Shown here piece after piece: positions 10,701 through 19,813 of a stretch of DNA of 64,000 bases. The DNA is taken from assembly GCA_964599365.1 (NCBI GenBank), contig CAZRFL010000011.1:6612-70611 (forward strand). The letters run 5' to 3'. The notes beneath the pieces are model-generated. The model had not been told where the DNA came from. It saw nothing but the letters and a program-made list of their open reading frames with translations, and did no database searches. The translations under genes and the position numbers were made by a program. Numbering within the stretch: the first letter of the stretch is position 1; every line of letters starts with the position of its first letter. The DNA is from an uncultured Bacteroidales bacterium. Lineage in GTDB: Bacteria; Bacteroidota; Bacteroidia; Bacteroidales; CAIWKO01.

Positions 10701-13700
10701 ATGAACGAATTTGGATCGATAATTACTAAAATCGATACATTTATAAAAAAGTACTACAGAAACCAATTACTAAAAGGATTGATTCTGTGTGTATCACTTT
10801 TTTTGGCCCTTTTCCTTATTATATCTCTACTGGAGTATTTTGCCTATTTCAATTCTATTGTTAGGGCCATCTTGTTTTATTTATATTTGCTTACAACCTC
10901 TTTGGTAATGATAAAACTAATTATCATTCCGGTTTTTAAGCTCTTTAAAATTGGCCATCTAATTTCTTATGAATATGCCTCTACCCTAATTGGCGAACAT
11001 TTTCCCGAAATAAAGGATAAATTATTAAACGCAATACAGCTTAAAGAACTGTCAAAAGATAGCGGTATTAATCAGGAAATACTTTTTGCCAGTATTGATC
11101 AAAGGGCCGGCGAACTTTCTCCCTTCCCTTTTTCCAGGGCTGTAGATTTTAAAATAAATAAGAAATATCTAAAATTTCTGTTGCCACCAATCGCGATTTT
11201 TCTTTTTATACTGATTGCTTCACCCTCCATTATAACAGAGCCATCAAAAAGGATTGTGAATTATTCAACTTTTTACGAAAAGCAAGCCCCCTTTAGCTTC
11301 CAGGTATTAAATAAAGATCTTCAGGCCGTTCAACAAGAAGATTTCAAACTTGATATCAAACTTCTTGGAGAAAATATTCCAAATGAGGCCTTTGTTGTTG
11401 TGGGGGCAAATGAATTTAAATTAAACAAAGAAAATACGGTCATATTCCACTATTTATTTAAAAATCTTCAGAAAGATTTGACCTTTTATTTAAAAGCAGA
11501 TGGTTTCAGGTCAAAAGATTACACCTTAAAAGTAATACCCAAACCCATCATAGTAGATTTTGATATCTTGCTTGATTACCCGCTTTATACAGGAAAAAAG
11601 AGTGAAACAATACAAAACTCGGGCGATTTTTCAGTTCCCGCTGGAACCAACGTTACCTGGAAGATTAAAACCAGAGATACAAAAAGACTATTTCTCAGAT
11701 TTATTGATAAAAGGCTTTATCTTGATCCCGGAACCCCCGAAATGTTCACTTATAGCCAGCATTTTTTTATTTCACAAAATTATTCTGTCTTTACACAAAA
11801 CCAGTATATAAAAAATCCTGACTCATTAAGCTACTCAATCAATGTAATTCCCGATGCATTTCCTTTCCTTGATGTTAAAGAGTATAAGGATTCCCTGTAC
11901 GAGAGTCATTTTTATTTTAAAGGATTGATTAAAGATGATTACGGGTTTAACAAATTGCAATTTAAATATATAAAAACCGGTAATGAAAATAATGCCGATA
12001 ATATTGAAAAAACTCAAAATATCAACATTGGTAAGAATTCGAATCAGGAAGATTTTTATTTCTACTTTGACATTTCAACTTTGGAAACTAAATCTGGCGA
12101 GACCATAGAATATTATTTTGAGATATGGGATAATGACGGCATTAATGGTAGTAAATCAACCCGTTCGCAAAAAATGACCTTTAAAATTCCAACACAGGAG
12201 GAAATTGAAAAACAGACCGAACAAAACAACGAAGACGTAAAAGACAAGATGGAACAGGCAATTAAAGATGCCGACCAACTGAAAAAGCAAATTGATAATT
12301 TGGACAAAAAATTAATTGACAAGAAGACAATTAACTGGCAGGAACGTAAACAAATAGAAGATCTTTTGGACAAACAAAAACAACTGCAAAACAATGTTGA
12401 AGATCTAAAAAACCAACTGAAAGAGAATTTCATTAAAGAAAGTCAGTATAAAAAATCTGATGACAACATACTTGAAAAGCAAAAGAAACTAGAAGAGCTT
12501 TTTAATAAAGTTATGACAGATGAAATGAAAGAATTGTTTCAGCAGCTGCAAGATATGCTTGACAAGCTTGATAAGAATAAGATAGAGGAAACATTGGATA
12601 AGATGAAGTTAAGCAACAAGGATATTGAAAAGGAGCTTGACAGAAATCTCGAACTATTTAAGCAGCTGGAATTGGAGAAAAAGATGGGCGAAACCATTGA
12701 TAAGCTTCAAAAACTTTCTGAGGAACAGAAAGCGTTATCTGAAAAAACCAAGGATGATAATCAAAATCAGCAAAAACTTCTTGAGGAGCAAAAAAATATA
12801 AACGAAAAATTTAATTCAGTTACAAAGGACTTAAAAGATATTGATGATAAAAACAAGGAACTGGAGAACCCCAAAAACCTTCTGAACACCTCAGAGCAGG
12901 AAAAATCCATTGAACAGGAACTGAATAATAGTCAGAACAATTTACAAAACAATAAAAGAAAGAATGCTGCCAAATCTCAGCAAAATGCGGGTGAACAAAT
13001 GGAGCAAATGGCTAATGATCTGCAAAAACAGCAGGAGGAAAACGAATCTGAAGAAATGGCAGAAGATATACAGTCGCTGAGAATGCTTTTAGAAAACCTG
13101 ATTAAGGTTTCGTTTGGCCAGGAGGATTTGATAGGAGTTTTGAAAACTACCAACATTACTGACCCGAAATATGTTCAAATCATGGACAAACAAAAACAGT
13201 TGAATGATGATTTAAAAATGATCGAAGATTCATTACTGGCTCTTAGTAAAAGACAGACAATGATACAGTCAACAGTTAACCACGAAATTTCTCAGATCAA
13301 CGATAATGTTAAAAAAAGTCTTGAGGCCCTCCAGAATCGTAACACAACCGGTGCGCAGAAATGGCAACAATATGTAATGACTTCTGTAAACAATTTAGCC
13401 CTGTTACTTGCAGAATCTTTAGAGCAAATGCAACAAAAACAACAATCAAAATCCAGCAAATCCAGTAAGGGGGGGAAGTGCAGTAAGCCGGGAGCAGGTA
13501 AGCCTTCGGCAGGTTCAATGAAAAAAATGCAGGAGGAATTGAACAAGAAAATTCAGGGATTAAAAAAACAAATGGAGGAAGGAAAGGGCCCTGGAGGAAA
13601 GACCGGTAAAGAGGGTCAAACTCCCAGTGAACAATTTTCTCGTCTAGCCGCAGAGCAGGAAGCATTAAGAAAGATTATGCAGCAATACGGTGAAGAATTA

Positions 13701-14048
13701 AAAAAGGAAGGTACCGGAAATGATGGCAACATTAGCGAAATGATGAAAAAAATGGAGCAAACGGAAACTGATTTGGTAAATAAAGTCATCAATAATGAAA
13801 CATTGAAAAGACAGCAGGATATTTTAACTCGATTATTGGAGTCAGAAAAAGCTGAAAAAGAAAGGGAGCTTGACGAAAAAAGGGAATCAAAAGAAATGAA
13901 AAATTCCAATTTTAGTAACCCAAATCAGTTTTTTGAGTATAAAAAACTAAAATCAAAAGAGGTGGAATTATTAAAGACAATTCCTGTAACCTTAACGCCG
14001 TTTTACAAGTATAAAGCTAATGAGTATTTTTATAAATTTGAAGATTGA
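10701..14048 (+). CDS. Large membrane-anchored coiled-coil protein (1115 aa). Function unknown; possibly a DUF4175-like family, named from memory only.
   Basis: Three N-terminal TM helices, a ~300-aa beta-rich domain, a ~350-aa K/E/Q-rich coiled-coil region (heptad-like KQ/EL repeats), a Gly/Lys-rich linker (SKSSKSSKGGKCSKPGAGKPSAG) and a C-terminal helical domain. The stop overlaps the start of the next gene (ATGA). Confidence 0.7.
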   Translation: MNEFGSIITKIDTFIKKYYRNQLLKGLILCVSLFLALFLIISLLEYFAYFNSIVRAILFYLYLLTTSLVMIKLIIIPVFKLFKIGHLISYEYASTLIGEHFPEIKDKLLNAIQLKELSKDSGINQEILFASIDQRAGELSPFPFSRAVDFKINKKYLKFLLPPIAIFLFILIASPSIITEPSKRIVNYSTFYEKQAPFSFQVLNKDLQAVQQEDFKLDIKLLGENIPNEAFVVVGANEFKLNKENTVIFHYLFKNLQKDLTFYLKADGFRSKDYTLKVIPKPIIVDFDILLDYPLYTGKKSETIQNSGDFSVPAGTNVTWKIKTRDTKRLFLRFIDKRLYLDPGTPEMFTYSQHFFISQNYSVFTQNQYIKNPDSLSYSINVIPDAFPFLDVKEYKDSLYESHFYFKGLIKDDYGFNKLQFKYIKTGNENNADNIEKTQNINIGKNSNQEDFYFYFDISTLETKSGETIEYYFEIWDNDGINGSKSTRSQKMTFKIPTQEEIEKQTEQNNEDVKDKMEQAIKDADQLKKQIDNLDKKLIDKKTINWQERKQIEDLLDKQKQLQNNVEDLKNQLKENFIKESQYKKSDDNILEKQKKLEELFNKVMTDEMKELFQQLQDMLDKLDKNKIEETLDKMKLSNKDIEKELDRNLELFKQLELEKKMGETIDKLQKLSEEQKALSEKTKDDNQNQQKLLEEQKNINEKFNSVTKDLKDIDDKNKELENPKNLLNTSEQEKSIEQELNNSQNNLQNNKRKNAAKSQQNAGEQMEQMANDLQKQQEENESEEMAEDIQSLRMLLENLIKVSFGQEDLIGVLKTTNITDPKYVQIMDKQKQLNDDLKMIEDSLLALSKRQTMIQSTVNHEISQINDNVKKSLEALQNRNTTGAQKWQQYVMTSVNNLALLLAESLEQMQQKQQSKSSKSSKGGKCSKPGAGKPSAGSMKKMQEELNKKIQGLKKQMEEGKGPGGKTGKEGQTPSEQFSRLAAEQEALRKIMQQYGEELKKEGTGNDGNISEMMKKMEQTETDLVNKVINNETLKRQQDILTRLLESEKAEKERELDEKRESKEMKNSNFSNPNQFFEYKKLKSKEVELLKTIPVTLTPFYKYKANEYFYKFED

Positions 14049-14536
14049 TGAGAAAACATACCTTAAAAATTAAGTCTGATATAAAAGAAATTCACGAAGT
14101 TGAAAAATTTGTCGAGGATATTTGTGACTATTACAATATAAATAACTCATATTTCGGAAACATCATTGTAGCAGTATCTGAGGCAGTTGAGAATTCAATT
14201 GTTCACGGAAATAAGCAGGACCCATCGAAATCAATAAATATTTGCTTTGATTCAAATCAAAAAGGCATTGTTTTCTCTATTGAAGATGAGGGAGAAGGAT
14301 TCAATTATGAGAATATTCCCGATGCAACAGATTCTCAAAATAACCCTGAAAAAAAAGGAGCAGGAATATTTCTAATAAAAACACTGACTGATGAGGCTGT
14401 GTTTCTGAATAACGGACGTAAAGTGCAATTACAATTCAATATTACCTCGATTAATCGCGAAGTATTTACAAGAAGAATGAAGCACGTCGACGAGTATTTT
14501 AATGTAAAAAAGGACGTGTTCGAAAAAAAATCATAG
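14045..14536 (+). CDS. RsbW/SpoIIAB-like ATP-binding protein of the HATPase_c superfamily (anti-sigma regulatory factor or Ser/Thr kinase-like)
   Basis: 163 aa. Carries the N-box EAVENSIVHG, plus EDEGEGF and GAGIFLIKTLTD motifs typical of the GHKL ATPase fold of anti-sigma-factor kinases. There is a 4-nt overlap with the upstream gene. Confidence 0.65.
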   Translation: MMRKHTLKIKSDIKEIHEVEKFVEDICDYYNINNSYFGNIIVAVSEAVENSIVHGNKQDPSKSINICFDSNQKGIVFSIEDEGEGFNYENIPDATDSQNNPEKKGAGIFLIKTLTDEAVFLNNGRKVQLQFNITSINREVFTRRMKHVDEYFNVKKDVFEKKS

Positions 14537-14540
14537 GCAA

Positions 14541-15005
14541 ATGCCGGCTTTTAAGATTAATTTTTTTTTTCAATCTGTTTCTATATCCTTAAGGCATCGA
14601 AAAAAACTAAAATCGGTTCTGGTTCAACTGGTTCATCTAGAGAAAAAGATAGCAAAATCTGGGGAGGTTAATGTTATTTTCTGTAATGATGATTATCTGC
14701 ATGGTATAAACACAAAGTTTCTCAAACACGATACTCTTACCGATATTATTACCTTTGATTATTCTGAGGGCAATAAACTTGTGGGAGATATTTTTATAAG
14801 CGTTGAAAGAGTTAGGGAAAATGCCAAAACGTTCTCCCAGTCTTCAAGTAAAGAGTTGTACAGAGTAATTATTCATGGATTTCTTCATTTATGTGGCTTT
14901 AAGGATAAGGTAAGAGAAGATAAAAGGTTAATGACCCTCCGGGAGGATTTCTATTTAGAGGATTTAGAAAAATTAATAAATCAATCAAATGAAGAGAATA
15001 ATTAA
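14541..15005 (+). CDS. ybeY: Endoribonuclease YbeY (rRNA maturation factor)
   Basis: 154 aa. The metal-binding motif region IIHGFLHLCGFKD matches YbeY, which reads HGxLHLxGxDH in most lineages. Size and the position next to mnmG fit ybeY. Confidence 0.65.
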   Translation: MPAFKINFFFQSVSISLRHRKKLKSVLVQLVHLEKKIAKSGEVNVIFCNDDYLHGINTKFLKHDTLTDIITFDYSEGNKLVGDIFISVERVRENAKTFSQSSSKELYRVIIHGFLHLCGFKDKVREDKRLMTLREDFYLEDLEKLINQSNEENN

Positions 15006-16848
15006 TCCGGAAAACAGAATTTCTTTAATAGCAATCTTTATTCTCTTTGCGGTTATTGGTTTTCTTCGATTCCATTTTCCGCCAACAAACGTCTTATCCT
15101 GGGATGTTTTTGGTTATTACATGTATTTGCCTGCAAAATTCATTTATCATGATTTAGGGTTGACAAATCAGGACTTGCTGAACAAGTTAATTACCCACTA
15201 TCATACTACCGGAACCCTATATCAGGCCTACATTGGTCCAAACGGGCAATGGGTGATGAAATATTCTTTGGGAATGGCGGTACTATATGCTCCTTTCTTT
15301 TTTATTTCGCATTGGATGGCGGGTCTCTTAGGCTATCCTGCCGACGGACTATCAGTGCCTTATCAATATGGTCTGGCTATTGGGGGCTTGTTTTACACCT
15401 TTGTTGGCTTGATTTTTTTCAGAAAAATATTACTGAAATTTTTCAAAGATCAGACGGTTACTCTTGTTTTAATTCTGGCATTTTTAGGAACCAATATTAT
15501 AAATCAGGCATCCGTTGGAAATTTGGCCAGCCACAATTTTCTTTTAACTCTTTTTGCAGTCTTTGTATGGTATACTATTAAATGGCATGAGGAGCAGAAA
15601 TTACATTTCGCAATTATTTTGGGAGTGGTGTCCGGATTAATGACGCTTATAAGACCCACAGAAGTGGTTTGTTTACTTATTCCTGCTTTTTGGGGAGTTG
15701 TAAGTAAAAGGACATTAGTGGACAAAATAAAGCTCCTGTGGAGTAACAAGCTACAAATACTTTTGGGAATAGTCTGTTTTATTATCGTCCTCTTACCCCA
15801 GTTTTATTATTGGAAAAAACATGCAGGAAGCTATATTTTTTATAGCTATCCGAATGCGGGGGAGGGACTAGATTTGTTTTCACCACACATTGGGAATTTC
15901 CTTTTTAGCTTTAGAAAAGGGTGGTTGATATACACCCCCATGCTGATATTCTATTTGACCGGATTGTATTTCTTATTTAAAAAGAAAAGAGAGATTTTTA
16001 TTCCCGTAATAGTTTATTTAGCCGTTAGTCTATATCTGATCAGCAGTTGGACTTGTTGGTGGTATGCCACGGGATGTTATAGTCAAAGGGCCATCCTTTC
16101 GTTGTACGTTGTATTGTCATTAGGATTGGGCTTTTTTATTGAGCGAATTCACACTATTAAATTGTCTAAAAAGATCATTATTTATTTTTTTATGACAGGA
16201 TTTGTCGTGTTGAATCTTTTTCAATTTTGGCAATTTCACAAGGACATCTTGAAACCTGATGGAATGACCAAGAAATATTATATGGCGATATTTGGAAAAA
16301 CGAAGGTTCCCGAGAATGCCTCTCAACTACTTTTGGTTGACCGTTCTGTTACTGGGGTTGAAAAGCTTGAAAATACCGGGGGATATAACAGAAAGGTCGT
16401 GGGCATGTATTCATTTACAAATTTGGATAATTCTAATCCCGAAAGGTATATTCAGGACCCGGGGGATACTTCTTTGTATTGTTTGGAATTGGATAGTTCT
16501 TTTATATACTCTCCGGGTTTGACAATGAAGTATAAGAATATTACCGGGGAATATTACGCCTGGATTCGCGCAAGCGTAGAGATTAAATACCCCAAGACTT
16601 ATAAAGAAAATTGGCCGGCACTGGTTTTGACTTTTGAACATAAGGGGGGGAGCTATAAGTATTTTGCTGGCGACCTTGTATGCAGCGATAACGAGAAGGG
16701 AGAATGGAAAAAAATAAGTTTTGATTATATGACCCCTGAGGTTAGAAGCATAGAAGATCCGTTAAAAGTATATGTGTGGCACAGAGGTAAAATGCCTATA
16801 CTTATTAAGAACTTAATGGTTGAAGCATATGATCCAATAATTAACTAA
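14989..16848 (+). CDS. Polytopic membrane protein with a C-terminal soluble domain; possibly a GT-C-fold (ArnT/PMT-like) glycosyltransferase
   Basis: 619 aa with about 11 predicted TM helices. Aromatic-rich periplasmic loops (WDVFGYYMYLPAKFIYHD) and a ~190-aa C-terminal soluble domain. The family assignment is by architecture only. Confidence 0.45.
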   Translation: MKRIINPENRISLIAIFILFAVIGFLRFHFPPTNVLSWDVFGYYMYLPAKFIYHDLGLTNQDLLNKLITHYHTTGTLYQAYIGPNGQWVMKYSLGMAVLYAPFFFISHWMAGLLGYPADGLSVPYQYGLAIGGLFYTFVGLIFFRKILLKFFKDQTVTLVLILAFLGTNIINQASVGNLASHNFLLTLFAVFVWYTIKWHEEQKLHFAIILGVVSGLMTLIRPTEVVCLLIPAFWGVVSKRTLVDKIKLLWSNKLQILLGIVCFIIVLLPQFYYWKKHAGSYIFYSYPNAGEGLDLFSPHIGNFLFSFRKGWLIYTPMLIFYLTGLYFLFKKKREIFIPVIVYLAVSLYLISSWTCWWYATGCYSQRAILSLYVVLSLGLGFFIERIHTIKLSKKIIIYFFMTGFVVLNLFQFWQFHKDILKPDGMTKKYYMAIFGKTKVPENASQLLLVDRSVTGVEKLENTGGYNRKVVGMYSFTNLDNSNPERYIQDPGDTSLYCLELDSSFIYSPGLTMKYKNITGEYYAWIRASVEIKYPKTYKENWPALVLTFEHKGGSYKYFAGDLVCSDNEKGEWKKISFDYMTPEVRSIEDPLKVYVWHRGKMPILIKNLMVEAYDPIIN

Positions 16849-16878
16849 GTCGCTTGTAATTAGCGAATTGAAATAATA

Positions 16879-16892
16879 GTTTCACGTGAAAC
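16879..16892. promoter_or_regulatory. Perfect 14-bp palindrome GTTTCACGTGAAAC, 7 nt upstream of the mnmG ATG
   Basis: Read directly from the sequence. An identical element sits at 18776-18789 with identical spacing to the next start codon. Confidence 0.45.
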
Positions 16893-16899
16893 GTAGGAA

Positions 16900-18774
16900 A
16901 TGATCTTTAGTAAGTTTGACATAATAGTTGTAGGCGCGGGTCATGCGGGTTGTGAAGCCGCAGTGACAGCTGCGAATATGGGATCATCTGTGCTGCTCAT
17001 CACAATGAACATGAATCTTATTGCTCAAATGTCATGCAATCCCTCTATTGGCGGGGTGGCAAAGGGCCAAATTGTAAGAGAGATTGATGCGCTGGGTGGT
17101 AAAACGGGAATTGTAACGGACCAGTCCATGATACAATTCAGAATGTTGAATAGATCAAAAGGACCTGCGATGTGGAGCCCGAGAGCACAATGCGACAGAA
17201 TGAAATTCTCAGAAATTTGGCGCGAAACATTGGAGCAAACTCCGGGTGTAAGCTTTTGGCAGGATTCCGTTACTAAACTATTGTATAAGGATGGGAAAAT
17301 ACTGGGTGTGGAAACTGGACTTGGAATTAAAATTCTAGCAAAAGCCGTCATTCTGGCAAATGGTACCTTTCTAAACGGAATTATTCATATTGGCGAAAAA
17401 CAATTGACCGGTGGTCGTTTGGGAGAGAATGCTTCTTATGGCATAACGAAAAGTTTGATTGATGCAGGATTTGAAAACTCCCGGCTAAAAACTGGAACCC
17501 CCGTTAGAGTGGATGGACGTACCATAGATTTTACAAAACTTGAGGAGCAAAAAGGGGATGATGATCCCGGCAAATTTTCATTTACAAACACAAAAAAACT
17601 GACCAAACAAAGGAGTTGCTATTTGGCCTACACCAACGAGCAGGTGCATAATATTCTCAGGACCGGCTTCGAAAAATCACCCTTGTTTCAAGGTGCTATA
17701 AAGGGTAGGGGTCCCCGTTATTGTCCTTCCATAGAAGACAAGATTGTGCGTTTTTCGGATAAAATCAGACATCAGCTTTTTGTGGAACCCGAAGGATGGA
17801 CGACCATAGAATACTATATAAACGGCTTTTCATCTTCTTTGCCTGAGGAAGTTCAATATAGGGCCCTGCAGAAAATTAAAGGTTTTGAGAAGGCGAAAAT
17901 CTTCAGGCCGGGCTATGCAATAGAATATGATTATTTTCCACCCTCACAGTTGAAGCATACACTGGAGACAAAACTGGTCGAAAACCTTTATTTTGCCGGA
18001 CAGATCAATGGAACTACGGGCTATGAAGAAGCAGCTGCTCTGGGATTGATTGCCGGTATAAATGCACACAATAAAATTAATAACAAGGAAGAGTTTATTC
18101 TGAAAAGATCGGAAGCCTATATAGGCGTACTGATAGATGACTTAATCACGAAAGGAGTGGATGAACCCTATAGGATGTTTACTTCAAGAGCGGAATACAG
18201 GATATTGCTCAGACAGGATAATGCTGATATCCGATTGACAGAATTCGGTTATAAACTCGGTCTTATTCCTAAAACAAGATTGAATAACCTGAAGAAAAAG
18301 ATTCGGAAAATCGAGGAGATCTTACATTTTGTGAAGAATGAATCCGTTCTTCCGGATGAGATGAATGATTATCTTGATCAAAACAAAACGTCCAGAATTT
18401 CTCAAAAGACAAAAATTCACGATCTATTGATTCGTCCCCAGATAAACATACATACCTTTGCAGGGGTTTGTGCAAAATTCCGGAACTTTATTGAAGAAAG
18501 GAAATGTACCGATAAGGATATTTTGGAGGAATCTGAAATAATAATAAAGTACAACTCCTATATCGAAAAGGAAAAGGAAATTGCCGAAAAGGTGATCAAA
18601 CTCGAGGAAATTGCATTGCCGGAAAATGCAGATTATAGTAAAATAAAAGCACTGTCGATTGAGGCAAGAGAGAAGTTGAATAAAATAAAACCAAAAACCA
18701 TAGGGCAGGCATCCCGCATCAGCGGTGTTTCGCCGGCTGATATTACCGTGCTTTTGGTGCAATTGGGAAGATGA
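16900..18774 (+). CDS. mnmG: tRNA uridine 5-carboxymethylaminomethyl modification enzyme MnmG (GidA)
   Basis: 624 aa. N-terminal FAD-binding motif [15 protein letters not shown], followed by [24 protein letters not shown] and the C-terminal [16 protein letters not shown]; these are highly characteristic. Confidence 0.95.
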   Translation: MIFSKFDIIVVGAGHAGCEAAVTAANMGSSVLLITMNMNLIAQMSCNPSIGGVAKGQIVREIDALGGKTGIVTDQSMIQFRMLNRSKGPAMWSPRAQCDRMKFSEIWRETLEQTPGVSFWQDSVTKLLYKDGKILGVETGLGIKILAKAVILANGTFLNGIIHIGEKQLTGGRLGENASYGITKSLIDAGFENSRLKTGTPVRVDGRTIDFTKLEEQKGDDDPGKFSFTNTKKLTKQRSCYLAYTNEQVHNILRTGFEKSPLFQGAIKGRGPRYCPSIEDKIVRFSDKIRHQLFVEPEGWTTIEYYINGFSSSLPEEVQYRALQKIKGFEKAKIFRPGYAIEYDYFPPSQLKHTLETKLVENLYFAGQINGTTGYEEAAALGLIAGINAHNKINNKEEFILKRSEAYIGVLIDDLITKGVDEPYRMFTSRAEYRILLRQDNADIRLTEFGYKLGLIPKTRLNNLKKKIRKIEEILHFVKNESVLPDEMNDYLDQNKTSRISQKTKIHDLLIRPQINIHTFAGVCAKFRNFIEERKCTDKDILEESEIIIKYNSYIEKEKEIAEKVIKLEEIALPENADYSKIKALSIEAREKLNKIKPKTIGQASRISGVSPADITVLLVQLGR

Positions 18775-18775
18775 T

Positions 18776-18789
18776 GTTTCACGTGAAAC
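18776..18789. promoter_or_regulatory. Second copy of the GTTTCACGTGAAAC palindrome, 7 nt upstream of the methyltransferase ATG and 1 nt after the mnmG stop
   Basis: Read directly from the sequence. Confidence 0.45.
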
Positions 18790-18796
18790 TAACAAA

Positions 18797-19690
18797 ATGG
18801 AAAAATTAGAACAATGCAATGTCTGTGGAAAGAGTAATTTTTCAAATTATCTTCAGGGACGGGATTACTTCTTAACACAAGAGGAATTTACAATTGTAAA
18901 GTGCGATAACTGTGGATTTCTATTTGTAAATCCACGTCCCAACGTCGATGATATCTCCAAATATTATAAATCGGATGAGTACATTTCGCATTCGAACACC
19001 AAAAAAGGACTTCTAAATAAGGTTTATCACATCATAAGGAAGAAGAATCATCAAAAGAAATTTGACCTGATCTCGTCGTATAAACAAAGTGGAACAATTT
19101 TGGATATAGGATGCGCCACAGGGGAATTTCTGAATTTTCTGAAAAAACAAAACTGGGAAACCATAGGAGTGGAGCCGGATGTTACCGCGCAAAATTTTGC
19201 CAAATCCGAATACGGCCTCAATGTTTTTTCGGAAGATTTTCTGGATAAAACAGAACCTGCAAAAATTGATGTTATCACCATGTGGCACGTAATGGAACAC
19301 GTTTATACCCTCGAGCAAAGAATGCAACAAATAAAAAGGCTCCTGGTTAAAGACGGAATTGCTTTTATAGCAGTTCCCAATGCGGCATGTTATGATGCCA
19401 AACATTATGGTGAATTTTGGGCCGGTTACGATCTGCCCAGACATATTTATCATTTTACGCAGGAAACCATGATACGGCTTTTTGAAAGACACAATTTCAA
19501 ATTGGACAAAATTGTGCCCATGGAGTATGATGCATATTATATAAGTATGCTCAGCGAAAAATATAAAAGTGGCAGCAAAAATTTATGGAAGGCATTTTGG
19601 AGTGGTTACCGATCGAACCGGTGGGCGAAGAAAAATGAAAATAACTATTCGAGCCTGATTTTTATCTTTAAGAACTTTGACCGAATTTAA
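18797..19690 (+). CDS. Class I SAM-dependent methyltransferase with an N-terminal Zn-ribbon
   Basis: Start chosen at the internal Met (MEKLEQCNVCGK...), 7 nt after the palindrome. CxxC...CxxC ribbon, then SAM motif I ILDIGCATGEF and motif post-I. The upstream portion of the listed ORF (18725-) overlaps the end of mnmG and is probably not translated. Confidence 0.8.
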   Translation: MEKLEQCNVCGKSNFSNYLQGRDYFLTQEEFTIVKCDNCGFLFVNPRPNVDDISKYYKSDEYISHSNTKKGLLNKVYHIIRKKNHQKKFDLISSYKQSGTILDIGCATGEFLNFLKKQNWETIGVEPDVTAQNFAKSEYGLNVFSEDFLDKTEPAKIDVITMWHVMEHVYTLEQRMQQIKRLLVKDGIAFIAVPNAACYDAKHYGEFWAGYDLPRHIYHFTQETMIRLFERHNFKLDKIVPMEYDAYYISMLSEKYKSGSKNLWKAFWSGYRSNRWAKKNENNYSSLIFIFKNFDRI

Positions 19691-19813
19691 GGGCCTAAAA
19701 CGAACGATACCCCCTTTTCGGTATGAGAATATGTGTTGTGCTCAAAAGAATTCTTATAAGTGTTAATTTTAAGCCGTTTTTTCGGGGCGAAATTAATTTT
19801 TGAAAGAAAAATT

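Noticed and set aside
12113-13909. Several minus-strand ORFs (84-118 aa) inside the coiled-coil gene
   Set aside because: Antisense of a K/E/Q-rich coding repeat gives F/L/S-rich junk ORFs.
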